Shown: positions 28,301 to 38,754 of the stretch, one piece after another
How positions within the stretch are numbered: the stretch's first letter is position 1
How the letters are laid out: every line of letters starts with the position of its first letter
Source of the DNA: Okamejei kenojei
Taxonomy: Eukaryota
DNA: 64,000 nt
Assembly (NCBI GenBank): GCA_035221665.1
Contig: CM069162.1
Span: 16,182,001-16,246,000, forward strand
Reading direction: 5' to 3'
Position numbers and translations under genes: made by a program
The notes under the pieces: generated by a model
Database searches by the model: none
Seen by the model: the letters and a program-made list of their open reading frames with translations, nothing else
What the model was told of the DNA's origin: nothing

Positions 28301-31300
28301 AAATATATCCTTACTGTATGTAGCAAATCACAATGTCTGCAACCAAACCAGTGATATAGTGATGTATTGTCTTTCCCCAGACTGGAGAGCATGCAACAAA
28401 AGTTTTTCATTGTCCCTCGGTACACGTGACAACAAAGTAAACTAAACTAAACTAAACTAATCTACTCCCCTTCATTTCAAGCACGAAGTATGTTCCTTGA
28501 TAAGATGATAAATGTAGACAACACTCGAGTTTGAAGAAGGGTCTCGACCCGAAACGTCGCCTATCTCCTTTGCTCCTTAGATGCTGCTGCACCCGCTGAG
28601 TTTCTCCAGATGTTTGTGTACCCTCGATTTTCCAGCATCTGCAGTTCCTTCTTTAACACTCGAGTTTCTGTCTCACTGAACACCTGGTAATCTGCAGTCG
28701 CAGTTTTTGTAACTTACTATGAAGTGGAATTTACAACACACTGGGTGAAGTTGGGTAAGAAGATTGATATCTATAATGCGAGGCCTATACTTACCAGGAG
28801 GTTTGGTAATATCACCTAAAAGCAGAAACAAACAATTCAGTTATTTAACATTTGAAACATGTTCAGAGATAACAAATTTCAGTCAATACCTGCCCCATCA
28901 GTGAAAGAGTCTTAAGGAAGAGTCTTAAGTTTGACTTGAAAGCGTTGTAATGGAACTCCTGCTAACCTTGTCGGGCATTGCTTACATGCAGCAATATTTC
29001 TCTTCAGACCGCATCACATACTCATGTACATCGTGACCTGCTCCCACTCCCTTCACCCTATTCACTGTTCCGCCTATCACTTCACCTTTCTCTTCTTGTC
29101 CCATATTTCCTGCTATTGGTGACAGTTGTCTCTCATCATCGCCATTGGTCCTGAACCCTTCCCATCTGTCGTCGTCACTCCCTCCTCAATAAAATCCCAG
29201 GTTTGTGAATTACCAGCTCCTCCCAAGTCCCAGAATCAGCCTCCAAAATTCATGTCTCGTTTCCCCTGGACCTCCACATGTCTCTCCCACCTCCTGCAAT
29301 CAGGAATCATACGTGGCAGAATAATCAAATGACACTTCAGTGAGTCACAATCCTCAGTTGAAGAAGTGCAGCCAGAGGACCAGAGAAACGCAGAAGTCAC
29401 TCCATTGTACATGAGAGGGGCAAAGATAATCCCCAAAATGACTGGCCTTTACAATGATTTCACAGATCAAACATAAAGTTGATGAGGGTACTCATGTTGC
29501 CTTCTAAAAACATATATCGGAATATAAGATAAGAACCTAAGAATTAGGAGCAGGCTTCAGAGATTTGGCCCTAGGAACCTGCTCCATCATTCATTTAATT
29601 AATTGGCAATCTTCTACCACAGATTCATTGTTCAACACTATCAACGTATCCTTTAATGTGCAGAAAATTAATCATCTCTTCTGATTGAACCTCCATTGCT
29701 CTCTGGAACGGAGGATTCTATACATTCAACAGCTTATTAGTGAAGAAATGAGTCCTGTTTCAGTCCCAAATATCTTCATTCTATTCTGAGACACCGGTGC
29801 CTGTAATATGGAGTCCTCATGGAATGAGATAACTTCCCATTCCACAAATCTCTGGACAAAACAATTCAGGTCTAAAGAGGGATCCTGACCCGAAACATCA
29901 CCATTCCCCGCTCTCCAGATATCATGCCTAAGCCACTGAGTTGCTCCAGCATTTTGTTTCTTTTTTTGTAAAACACCGTCTGTAGTTCTTTGTATCCCTA
30001 GTCTTTTCAACCTTTCCTCATGTGGTGAATCGCAATTTCTGTAACCTTTCAAGTGATACTTCCCTCCATGGTAGGCATAATTTATGTTCCTCGATAAGAT
30101 GATAACTGCAGACAACTCCCGAGGTTCAGTCTCATCGAAGCCCCCATAATTGGTTGTAGCAGTTTTTTAACTTAATTATTATGAAGCGGACATTAAAACT
30201 AATTTGAGGAAGCTCTTAGAGAGCTTTGAAATTGCTGTATTTGTTGCACTGTTTGTAATGTGAGGCCAATACTCACTTGGAGGTGTGGTAACATCACCTA
30301 AAAGCAGAAACAAATAATACAATTAATTACTGGATCATTGGAAACATGTTCTGAATTAATCAATGTCATTCAATACCTGCCCCTTCCGTGGAAGAGTCAG
30401 CACACCACACCACACATTGGCCTCATCAACCTCTTCAGACCCCAGAGTAGCAGAGAGGAAGCATGCAACGCTTCATCCCAAGGGACAGTCAAGAAAGTTT
30501 AATGAATGTTTAAGATTGGGTCAAATTTATTATAGGAAAGTAAGGAAATCAGCTAATAGAGAGATAGGAAGAGGTAGCCGAGTAAAGGGTGAGCTGTGAT
30601 TACAGTCAGAGTTGTCATCAGCTCCACTCCTAATTCCGTAACTAATATTAACAAATAAAGTTTTACAATTGCCTCATACTCACAAAAGGAATCGGGGCAG
30701 GTGAATCGTATTCTGTAATCTTGACATGAGCCATCACGTTGGTTGCTGTTCATACAAAAGAATCCAGTAGAAACGTTGCAACTGTTGAGTAGAATGTAGG
30801 GAGGTGTGATAAAGTTGTTGATAAAACTACTGATGCTCTTTGAATGAAATAATAAAAGGCTATATATTGTACCTGGCAATGTTCTCTCCAGTCAGTGAGG
30901 CCGGAACCCCTGACGTTGTCTCCACCTCACAGGCGAGTGGATCCGTGCAGATCTGATCGGGATTTTCAGTTCGCAGATTGGGGAATATTTCATAATCTCC
31001 AATTCCTGATGGGTCATCACGGTCAAACCACGGAGTTTTGCAACACCCTACTGAGGAGAAGAAAGAGAGAGTAGATTGAAAGTGAACATTGGGTCGGTTA
31101 AACCTGAAAGCTATATAATGGAACTGCTGCCATCTATGTTGGGCATAACTTGCATGTACCAATATTTCCCTGCAGAATGCATCACACACTCTTGTACATG
31201 AGACCCAGCTCCAGATCCCTTCAGCTAATTCCCTGTTCTGCCCATCACATCACTTTCCTCTTCTTGAGCCACATTTTCTGATATTGGTGACTGTTTCCTC

Positions 31301-34300
31301 TCACCACTGCCAATGGTCTTGACCGCTTCGTATCACCACTATCTCATCAATAAAACACGACTTTCTAAATTCCCAGCTCATCTCAAGTCCCATGATGTCT
31401 CAGTGCCTCTGAAATTCATGTCTAGTTTTCCTGTTCTCATCATGTCAATCTCACCTCCTGCAATCAGGAATCTTGCCTGGCAGAATAATTAAATGAGTGA
31501 TTCACCATCCTCGGGTGAACATGTGCTGCTAGAGGACTGGAGAAACACAAATGTTAAGCCCCTGTCCTACTTAGGCAATTTTTCAGGTGACTGCCGGCGA
31601 CAGTCACAGTCGTAGCGGGACAGCGAAATTACAAGCTACCACCCAGTTGACGACAAGCTACGTCAATCCGCGACACAATTCCTCGCGACTTGAGACGTCC
31701 ACCTACGACGACACCTGCGACAACCTACAACAACCTTCAACCCCACAGGCTACAACCAACGACACCTGAAGTCAACCCTCCAACTGCGACAAGCTACGAC
31801 AAGCTACGACCCTGTCGGAAGCAAATTAAGACTTCTCTTGACGCCGGTACTGTCGCTGGTTGACGTAGGATGACGTAGGTTGTCGCTAATGGAAATCACC
31901 GAGGTCATCACCCGGCGACAACCAGCAACACCTACAGTCATCCTGGAGACAACCTATGACAACCTATGACAGCACCTATGACAGGAGAAGACAGGCAACG
32001 TCAGGCAATGTCAAGCCCACTGTCGAAGAAAGGTTTTGAACATTTCAAAATCTAGCGGCGACAAGAAATAAGTAACGACACTTGAGGAGATCGCTCACGA
32101 CAATACAGGCATCATCCCGTGACACGCTGCGACCATGTGGCGACAGCCTATTTTTCGGCTGTTGCCGGAAAAATCGCCTAAGTGGGGCAGGCCCTTTACT
32201 CCTTTGTTCAAGAAAGGGGCAAAGATGAAGCCAAAGCGACAGGCTTACTTGATGAACTAAAAGATCACATGTGAGGTTGATAAGGGTACTGATGAGTGTA
32301 CTTAAGAATACAGAAACATAGAAACGAAGAAAATACGTTCAGGAGTAGGCCATTTGGCCTTTCGTGCCAGCACCGCCATTCAATATGATCATGGCTGATC
32401 ATCCAAAATCGGTACCCCGTTCCTGCATTCTCCCATTATCCGTTGATTCCGTTAGCCCTAAGAGTTATATCTAACTCTCTCTTGAAAACATCATAAGATA
32501 AGAATGTAAGAATTCGGAGCAGATTTCAAAGATGAGGCCCTTTGCAATCTCTCCACCATTCATCAATTTCATTGGCAATCTCCGACCAGCCCCACTTTCC
32601 AGCTGTCGCTACATGTTCTGCTCTGTGTAGAAAATGAACAATCTTTCAGAATGCTCTCTGCAATGGTAAAATCTAATCATAATCATAATAATCATAATAA
32701 TATTTTATTAGTAAAGTATTTTTTGCAACATACGATGAACTTGATTTGCCATACAGTCATACCAATAAGAAGCAAAACACAAAATGCATTTTAACATAAA
32801 CATCCACAACAAAACATTGTAATAACATAAACAACAATGACTCCTCCACATTCCTTAGTGTGATGGAAGGCGAAAAAAACGTTCAATCTCTTCCCTTCTT
32901 TGTTCTCCTGCAGTCGGGGGCATCGAGCCTACCATTGACAGGGCGACCTTGGCTCCCGTAGCTGGCGGTCGGGCCCTCCGCGTCGGGGCATTCAAGCTCC
33001 CGCCTCAGGGGGGATCTTAGATCACACTGGGCAATCGGACCCCGGGTCGGGGCTGGTCGAACCTCCTGCGACTCTGGAGCTTCCCAACATCAGTCTCTAC
33101 CCGAGACTGCGAGCTCCGCGATGTTGAAATCTGCAGGCCAGGGTTAGAGCATCGATCCCAGGCCAGGGATCGCAGGCTCCAATTGTAAGTCAATGGCACT
33201 GCAGTGGGGTCAAGGTTAGTCTCGAGCAAGGCCACCAGCTCCAAGATTTTAGGCCGCAGAGCGACCAGAGATACGATCCGGAAAAAAATCGCATCTCTGG
33301 CAAGGGAAGAGGTTGACAAAAGTTTCCCCCGGCCACCCACCCCCCCCCACCCCCCACATAAAACAAACCAAAGAAACATTAACACATATTTTTAAAACAC
33401 ACGAAAAACACCAAAAAAGACGAAAAGACAGACAGACCGTTGGCGAGGCTGCCATCGCTGACGGCGACATCTGAGTGAAGAATTTAGACGTATTTCAATC
33501 CCAAATTATCTTCATCTTATTCTGAGCCTGTGGTGCCTGTACCTGGAGTCCTTAGGGACTGAGATCACTTTCCATTCCACAGATCTCTAGGCAAAACAGT
33601 TCTAGCCTGAAGAAGGGTTCAGATCTGAAAAATCACCGATCCATGTTCTCCAGAGATGAGGCCTAACCCGCACCTCACCAGCACTTTGTGTCTTATTTTG
33701 TAAACCAGCATCTGCGGGTCTACGTATCCCTGGTCTATTCAATCTCTCCTCATGTTGCAAAAATGCAATTTCTGCAATCTTTCCAGTGAATCTGTTGCAT
33801 TTCCTCCGAAACATGCACACATGAAATGATAACTATTTCAAATCTTAAGGTTCAGTCTCACTGAAGCTCCCATAGTCCGATGCAGCAGTTTTCTAGCTTG
33901 ATTATTATGAAACGAACATTAACACATACTGGTTGAAGCTCGAAAGAGCTTTCATATTGCTGTCAATGTCAATGTTGCCATATTTATAATCGGAGTGATA
34001 TACTCACCAGGAGGTTTGGTAACATCACCTAAAAGCAGAAACAAACAATTCAGTTATAATTTGAGATATGTTCAGAATTAATTAACGTCATCTAATATTT
34101 GCCCCTTTTATGGAAGAGTCTGCACACCTCGTCAACCACTTCAGACACTACAGTGGCAGAGAGGAGGCAAGTCACCCTCCATCCCAAGGGACTGTTAAAG
34201 GAGGAGGAATGTTTAAGGTCAGGATGCATTTATTATTAGAAATTAAGAAAATCACCAAATATAGGGATAGGAAGAAGATGGCCGAGTAATAGGTGAGCTG

Positions 34301-36189
34301 CAATTATGTCATTGTCAGTATCTTCTTCTGTAGCTAATATTAACAAAAGAAGTTTTACAATTGCCCCATACTCACAAAAAGAATCAGGGCAGGTGAATCG
34401 TATTCTGTAATCTTGACAGGCGAGATCAAGTTGGTTGCTGTTCACACAAAAGAACCCAGTAGAAGCATTGCAACTGTTGATCAGAATGTAGAGAGGCGAG
34501 ATAAAGTAGTTGTTAAAACCATTGCTGCTCTTTGAATAAAATAATAGAAGTGCAATAATATGGCCGACTATATTTTGTACCTGACGAAGTTCTCTCCAGT
34601 CTGTGAGGCCGGAACCCCTTTTGTGGTTTCTACCTCACAGGCAATTGGTTTAGTGCAGATGCGACCGGGACTTTCCTTTTGCAGATCGGCGAGGAGTTCA
34701 TAATCTCCATCTCCTGATGGGTCATCACGGTCAAACCACTCAGTTTTGCAACAGACTGCTTCTGAAGAGACAAAGGAAAAAGTAAATTAAATTTAAACAT
34801 TTGATCTGATTGACCTGAAAGCTTTGAACGGAACAGCTGCAGACGTTGACAGGCATAGCTTACAACGTAGCAAAATTTCCCTTCAAATGCATCACAAACT
34901 CTTGTACAAGAAAACTGGCTCCAACCCCCTCTACCCATTTACCTTTTCTGCCCATCACTTTATTTTTCTTGCCCACTTTATGTTTCCTCTCACCTTCCTA
35001 ACTGGTCCAGACACAATCATATCTGTCGTCATCAATCAACTCCATGTGAAGTAAATTACCAGCTCATGTTAGGTCCCAGTTTGTGCCTGTAGGGGCCCTT
35101 TGAACTATTTCATATTGGATCAGCCCGATCGACGGTTTGTAAAACCGGTTAACAATCAAAATTGATCACTTGAATTGATTAATATATAGGACACACTTGT
35201 TGCAGCTTTATGCAGCTTTGATGTTGGAGTGAAAATTTGCTCTATTTAGAATGGAATTGATATACTCACTGTGAAATCCAGTAACATAATCTAAAAGCAA
35301 ACAATTGTTGTAATTATAATTTGAATGGTTCTCAGAATTAATTTTAAAAAGTTTGTAAATGTTACAATGCAAGCGGAAATACTTACTGTTGGTGCAGAGT
35401 TTAACAATAGTTATAAATACCTAGGATCAAACAAAGATATTAGTAAAGCTACATCTCGATATAGCTGTCGTAAAAAAATGCAAGTGAGAGTACCCAAGTT
35501 TCGCAATAATAATCTGTTGCAATTTTGTAATCTCTTTCAGATATCTTGAGAATATCACCTGTAATAATTTAATAAATTAGAATTGATATACGTCCAAAAA
35601 AGTGACCTGGGATATAATTACCCATCCCAGTCATTGTTGAATAAAAGTTACTCTACTGTAGGCTCGTGGTACTGCACCCTGCCTTTGTCCTCGACATTTT
35701 ATTGTCATGCAGTGTAGAGTCATACAAAAAGAGGCACTTTGGCTCACCATATCCACACCAACCATCAAATATCTAACTCTACTCATCCCATTTACCACCA
35801 CTTGGTCCATGTGCCTTAATGATTCAACTGTCCATTTAGATACTTCTGAATTGTTGTAAGTGCCTCTGCCTCCACCACCATCTCAGGCAGTGCATTCCAG
35901 TTTTCAACTATGCTCTTGTGAGAAGAGTTCTTCCTGACATCCCCTGCAACAAGGGTCTTGACCCGAAACGTCACCCATTCCTTCCCTCCAGAGATGCTGC
36001 CTGTCCCGCTGAGTTACTCCAGCATTTTGTGTCTATCCCCTATAAACGTCTTGACTAAAATCAAAAACTTTGGGGAAAGGTTTCCTCCTTGTAAATAGTT
36101 TCTGAAGAAACCGTAGATGGAAAATGAACGTTTTACCTTTGTCTCTCTTGACTGAACATTGATAAACTTACCAAAAATGCTTTAACCAT
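2080..36189 (-). CDS. Multi-exon gene for a putative secreted protein built of tandem WxxW/CysD-like (mucin/CILP-type) domains; 3' end probably lies beyond the left edge of the window
   Basis: Canonical GT-AG exons join in frame. Leader: 36172-36189, 35387-35420, 35270-35290. Then repeated exon A (178/181 nt, phase 1-2), exon B (98 nt, phase 2-1) and 21-nt micro-exons (phase 1-1). Spliced unit: [106 protein letters not shown] (318 nt, 106 aa). The W-F-D-x-D-x-P-S-G-x-G-D-Y-E, G-F-x-C-x-N and C-x-D-Y-x-(I/V)-R-F-x-C motifs are typical of Mucin2_WxxW domains. Confidence 0.88.
7288..9558 (-). CDS. WxxW domain 6: exon A 9381-9558, exon B 9176-9273, micro-exons 8769-8789 and 7288-7308 (extra micro-exon copy at 6004-6024)
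   Basis: Intact 178/98/21/21-nt exons. Confidence 0.87.
9861..12678 (-). mobile_element. 5'-truncated CR1-clade LINE (ORF2 APE + RT, frameshifted)
   Basis: RT motifs [22 protein letters not shown] and KFADDT; CR1 C-terminus RPHLEYC...[13 protein letters not shown]; 3' tail (ctatgttt)n. Confidence 0.95.
14086..16337 (-). CDS. WxxW domain 5: exon A 16159-16337 (179 nt, +1 frameshift), exon B 15955-16052, micro-exons 15548-15568 and 14086-14106
   Basis: Same exon structure, but exon A reads tggTTTTgac versus tggTTTgac in all other copies (extra base at about 16311-16314). Confidence 0.75.
16639..19467 (-). mobile_element. 5'-truncated CR1-clade LINE (ORF2 APE + RT, frameshifted)
   Basis: As above (ORFs 16540..17139, 17140..17667, 18204..18662, 19016..19384); identical junctions to the 9.9-12.7 kb copy. 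Confidence 0.95.
20860..23113 (-). CDS. WxxW domain 4: exon A 22936-23113, exon B 22731-22828, micro-exons 22324-22344 and 20860-20880
   Basis: Intact 178/98/21/21-nt exons with GT-AG boundaries. Confidence 0.87.
24818..27089 (-). CDS. WxxW domain 3: exon A 26912-27089, exon B 26707-26804, micro-exons 26300-26320 and 24818-24838
   Basis: Intact 178/98/21/21-nt exons; variant [14 protein letters not shown]...PGQICMDP. Confidence 0.87.
28795..31050 (-). CDS. WxxW domain 2: exon A 30873-31050, exon B 30684-30781, micro-exons 30277-30297 and 28795-28815
   Basis: [60 protein letters not shown]; partly visible in ORF 30860..31189; canonical splice sites. Confidence 0.88.
31557..32195. mobile_element. 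Non-autonomous PIF/Harbinger-type MITE
   Basis: TIRs agcccctgtcctacttaggc / gcctaagtggggcaggccct; TTA target duplication at 31554-31556 and 32196-32198; internal cgac-rich subrepeats; the homologous intron site is empty in the array units. Confidence 0.8.
32310..32492 (-). mobile_element. CR1 3'-UTR fragment
   Basis: agaaacatagaaac tail plus a 3' UTR matching the CR1 copies. Confidence 0.75.
32678..33470 (-). mobile_element. Unclassified ~800-bp interspersed repeat (retroposon-like, simple-repeat tail); family copies at 46695-48390 and 62923-63755
   Basis: Shared blocks cacattcc..tgtgatggaaggc, gaaaaaaatcgcatctc and ccccccacataaaacaa, with (cataat)n or (aatac)n ends; no coding motif recognised. 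Confidence 0.6.
34008..34761 (-). CDS. WxxW domain 1 (divergent): exon A 34581-34761, exon B 34376-34473, micro-exon 34008-34028
   Basis: Spliced translation [99 protein letters not shown]; all boundaries GT-AG. Confidence 0.88.
35270..35290 (-). CDS. 21-nt leader micro-exon (N-YVTGFH)
   Basis: tttgcttttag|attatgttactggatttcaca|gtgagt; same length, phase and acceptor context as the linker micro-exons. Confidence 0.65.
35387..35420 (-). CDS. Leader exon 2 ([11 protein letters not shown]), hydrophobic core of the putative signal peptide
   Basis: tttgtttgatcctag|gtatttataactattgttaaactctgcaccaaca|gtaagt; 34 nt, phase 0 to 1. Confidence 0.55.
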
Positions 36190-36201
36190 TCTGTTCAAAT
36201 T
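36172..36201 (-). CDS. First coding exon (ATG at 36189, MVKAFL) of the WxxW-repeat gene
   Basis: ttttcttttccag|aatttgaacagaATGgttaaagcatttttg|gtaagt gives a strong acceptor and donor; phase 0 matches the next exon. Confidence 0.6.
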
Positions 36202-36909
36202 CTGGAAAAGAAAACTTACAATTATGACCCAAGAAATGCAAACAAACCATAAAATGCATTAAGAAAAATATCTACGTAAAATGTGTAACCTGCAGTAATA
36301 ACTTGTAACAATATGCAACATTTTAATACAGCTCCTGCTGGCCAATAATAAGCTCACGCATCATATTTCCCCTCAGTGAAATGTTTTCCTTACCTTGAAT
36401 ATTTACAAAACATAATTCTGTGCAATTTCTCAATAGAATGAAACACTTTTGATCAGCCCCTCATAATAACAGATAGGTTTTAAACTATCTTGTTTCCCAC
36501 TGCACCATCTCCTGGGTCAATAGGAGCCATCACGTGGAGATGATTACATGGACCTACTATTCCAGACCCAACTTCGCCAAGCATTTGTGCATTCAGATTC
36601 TGAGGAGTTCTTACCTATTACATTCAGCCCAGATATTTGATTGTGCACTTCTCTGGCAAAACTGTTTTGGAGTCGTAGAGTTATACCGCATGGAAACAGG
36701 CCCAACCTGTCCATGTGGACCAAGGTGTCTATCTGAGCTTATTTTTGATGCCTGAACCTGGCCCATATCCCTCCAAACTTTTCCTATCTATGTATCTGTC
36801 CAAAGGTGTTTCTTCAGATACACAGCAATAAAATCAATGAAGCAAGGTCGGCTGTCATCATTTTTTTGCAAGTAAGTTGGAAAGGATGCAGATGTGATGC
36901 ACCACAATG

Positions 36910-37215
36910 TTACCTGGACTTCCAGGCTTAAGTTATAGGGAAAGGTTGGATAGGCTGGGACTTTTTTCTTTGGAATGTAAGAGGCTGATTGAGATGTAGA
37001 AGACCATGAGGGTCATGGATAATGTGAATGCTCACGATTATTTCCCAGGGTTGAGGATACTAAATCTAGAGGACATAGGCTTCAGATAAAATGGGAGAGA
37101 TTTAAGAGCAATCTCAGGGGCAACTTGTTCATTCAAAGGGAAGTCTGCACCTAGAATAAGGTGCCAAAGAAAGAAATAGAACAGATATAATTACGACTTT
37201 TAAAAGACACTAGAC
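36910..37215 (+). mobile_element. Degenerate CR1 RT C-terminal fragment
   Basis: Translates to LSYRERLDRLGLFSLE...RGH-like CR1 motifs. Confidence 0.65.
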
Positions 37216-38754
37216 CAGTGGGACCCATTGAAAGAGTTAGTTATTAAAAGATTGTTGTCATATTTAAGCTTTCCTGTTGTAAAAAGCCAATTGTATTGCA
37301 TGATGGGATTTGGAAGAAACTGAAATGCATGGGGTCCCTTGCTGTAAATAGGTTATTTTAAATTCTTGTTGCTATAATAAAAAAGAATCAGGTTTGAAGT
37401 CTTTGATACCTGTGTTACACTTTGAAGTTATGTGGAATGTGTGTTTTTGGATCATGACTTGAGAAAAATTTGGTATTTGTTATAAATGTTTAAAGAGCTT
37501 TGTGTTTGAAACAGTAATTATGTATGTCCTTTTAAGAAATGGTAATTGTTTTGGGGCTTTAACATCGATCACCTCGAAGCAGCAGTTTAACAGCATTTTT
37601 TCACTGATAAGGATTCCACTGAGGATTCCGATAGGCACACTCAGATTCTTCAGATTTGGAGTATTGAAATAAAATACTTTTCTTGCATTGCTAACTTTTG
37701 TGGTTCTAAATACTGAGTTTTGTGCAGGTCTATTGTGGAATTTATTTCATTGTGGAATTTATTTTGATGTTCAAATTTTGTGTTGTGAGAATTTAATTGT
37801 TTTGTGTGAAATTTTTGCCCAAAATGAATCACAAGGCATGAAAGAGCTAATTGCTATTACATTGCTCGCTGAGATACTTCACAAGATCATGTGGCTTGTA
37901 TTTCTCTCAGACAGGCTTTCTCCAGTGGAACAGAGAGATAGGACTTTTGCCTTCCATCACAGTCAGGAGGTGTTTGGAGATTCACTGTGCTGGATGTTGT
38001 GTGGAACTGTGTGTTTTGTTTTTGCTGTTATGACTGCAGGGAACGAAAAATTGCTCAAACTTTTGGTTGTTTGAATGACAATAAAGGAATTCAGCAGAGA
38101 CTTTATATGGCCATCCATTGGGGGCAACAAGGAACCAGAATACTCTGAAGGCTGTTCACTCTCATCACATGACAATGGAAATGACTAATTATATTTTATC
38201 GTTAACCAGGGCATTGAAGGATGTACAATAGAACCACTACATCTAAAATTGAACTGGTACTTGTGTAATAATCAGGAATTGGATGAGGAAAAGACTGGAC
38301 ATTCGGTGGGAAAGGCATTACCAGGTCCTTCTAACAACCCGTACCGCAGAAAAGGTGGAGGGGAGACATGCGTGGGTTCACTTTCACCACTGTAAGATTG
38401 TCAGTATGGTGCCTAAAAGATAAAACATTAACTTCTTTCTTTTAAGAAATCCCTTTCTAGGATAGATTGCGATGGACACCTATCTTGGGATATTGATAGC
38501 CATCAGATCTGCGAGAAACCGAGTATGCCGATGTAATGCAATGTGATGGCGATGGTGGCATTGGCAGATGGGACCCGTAGGTATGGGGGGACCTTTGTAT
38601 GATAATTAAAGGGTGGTACACAACCCCATTTAAACCAGGGTGGAAGGTGAATGAAACTAAGGCAGGGAAAATACCACAGTTGAGAATAATAAGCGATCCT
38701 CGTATACCTTTAAATACCTCATGTCATTGTAACTACCCAGAGAAAGGGGTATAT

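Larger units (their letters stand above)
1..31130. repeat. Tandem array of ~4-kb exon-bearing units
   Basis: Exon A acceptors at 4349, 9558, 16337, 23113, 27089 and 31050. Spacing is 3961-3976 bp for plain units, about 6780 bp with the CR1 insertion, and 5209 bp with an internal ~1.24-kb duplication. Intron sequences are nearly identical between units. Confidence 0.95.

Noticed and set aside
1549-30599. Recurrent short ORFs ([10 protein letters not shown]..., [10 protein letters not shown]..., MQFPTEEQK..., MSAVII...)
   Set aside because: They recur only because introns are duplicated with the array. They overlap repeat fragments or lie antisense to real exons, and are broken by indels in some units.
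35494-35558. Possible extra minus-strand exon ([21 protein letters not shown])
   Set aside because: Weak donor (gtactc), and the phase-1 reading does not fit the phase-0 ATG exon; it cannot be excluded without RNA data.
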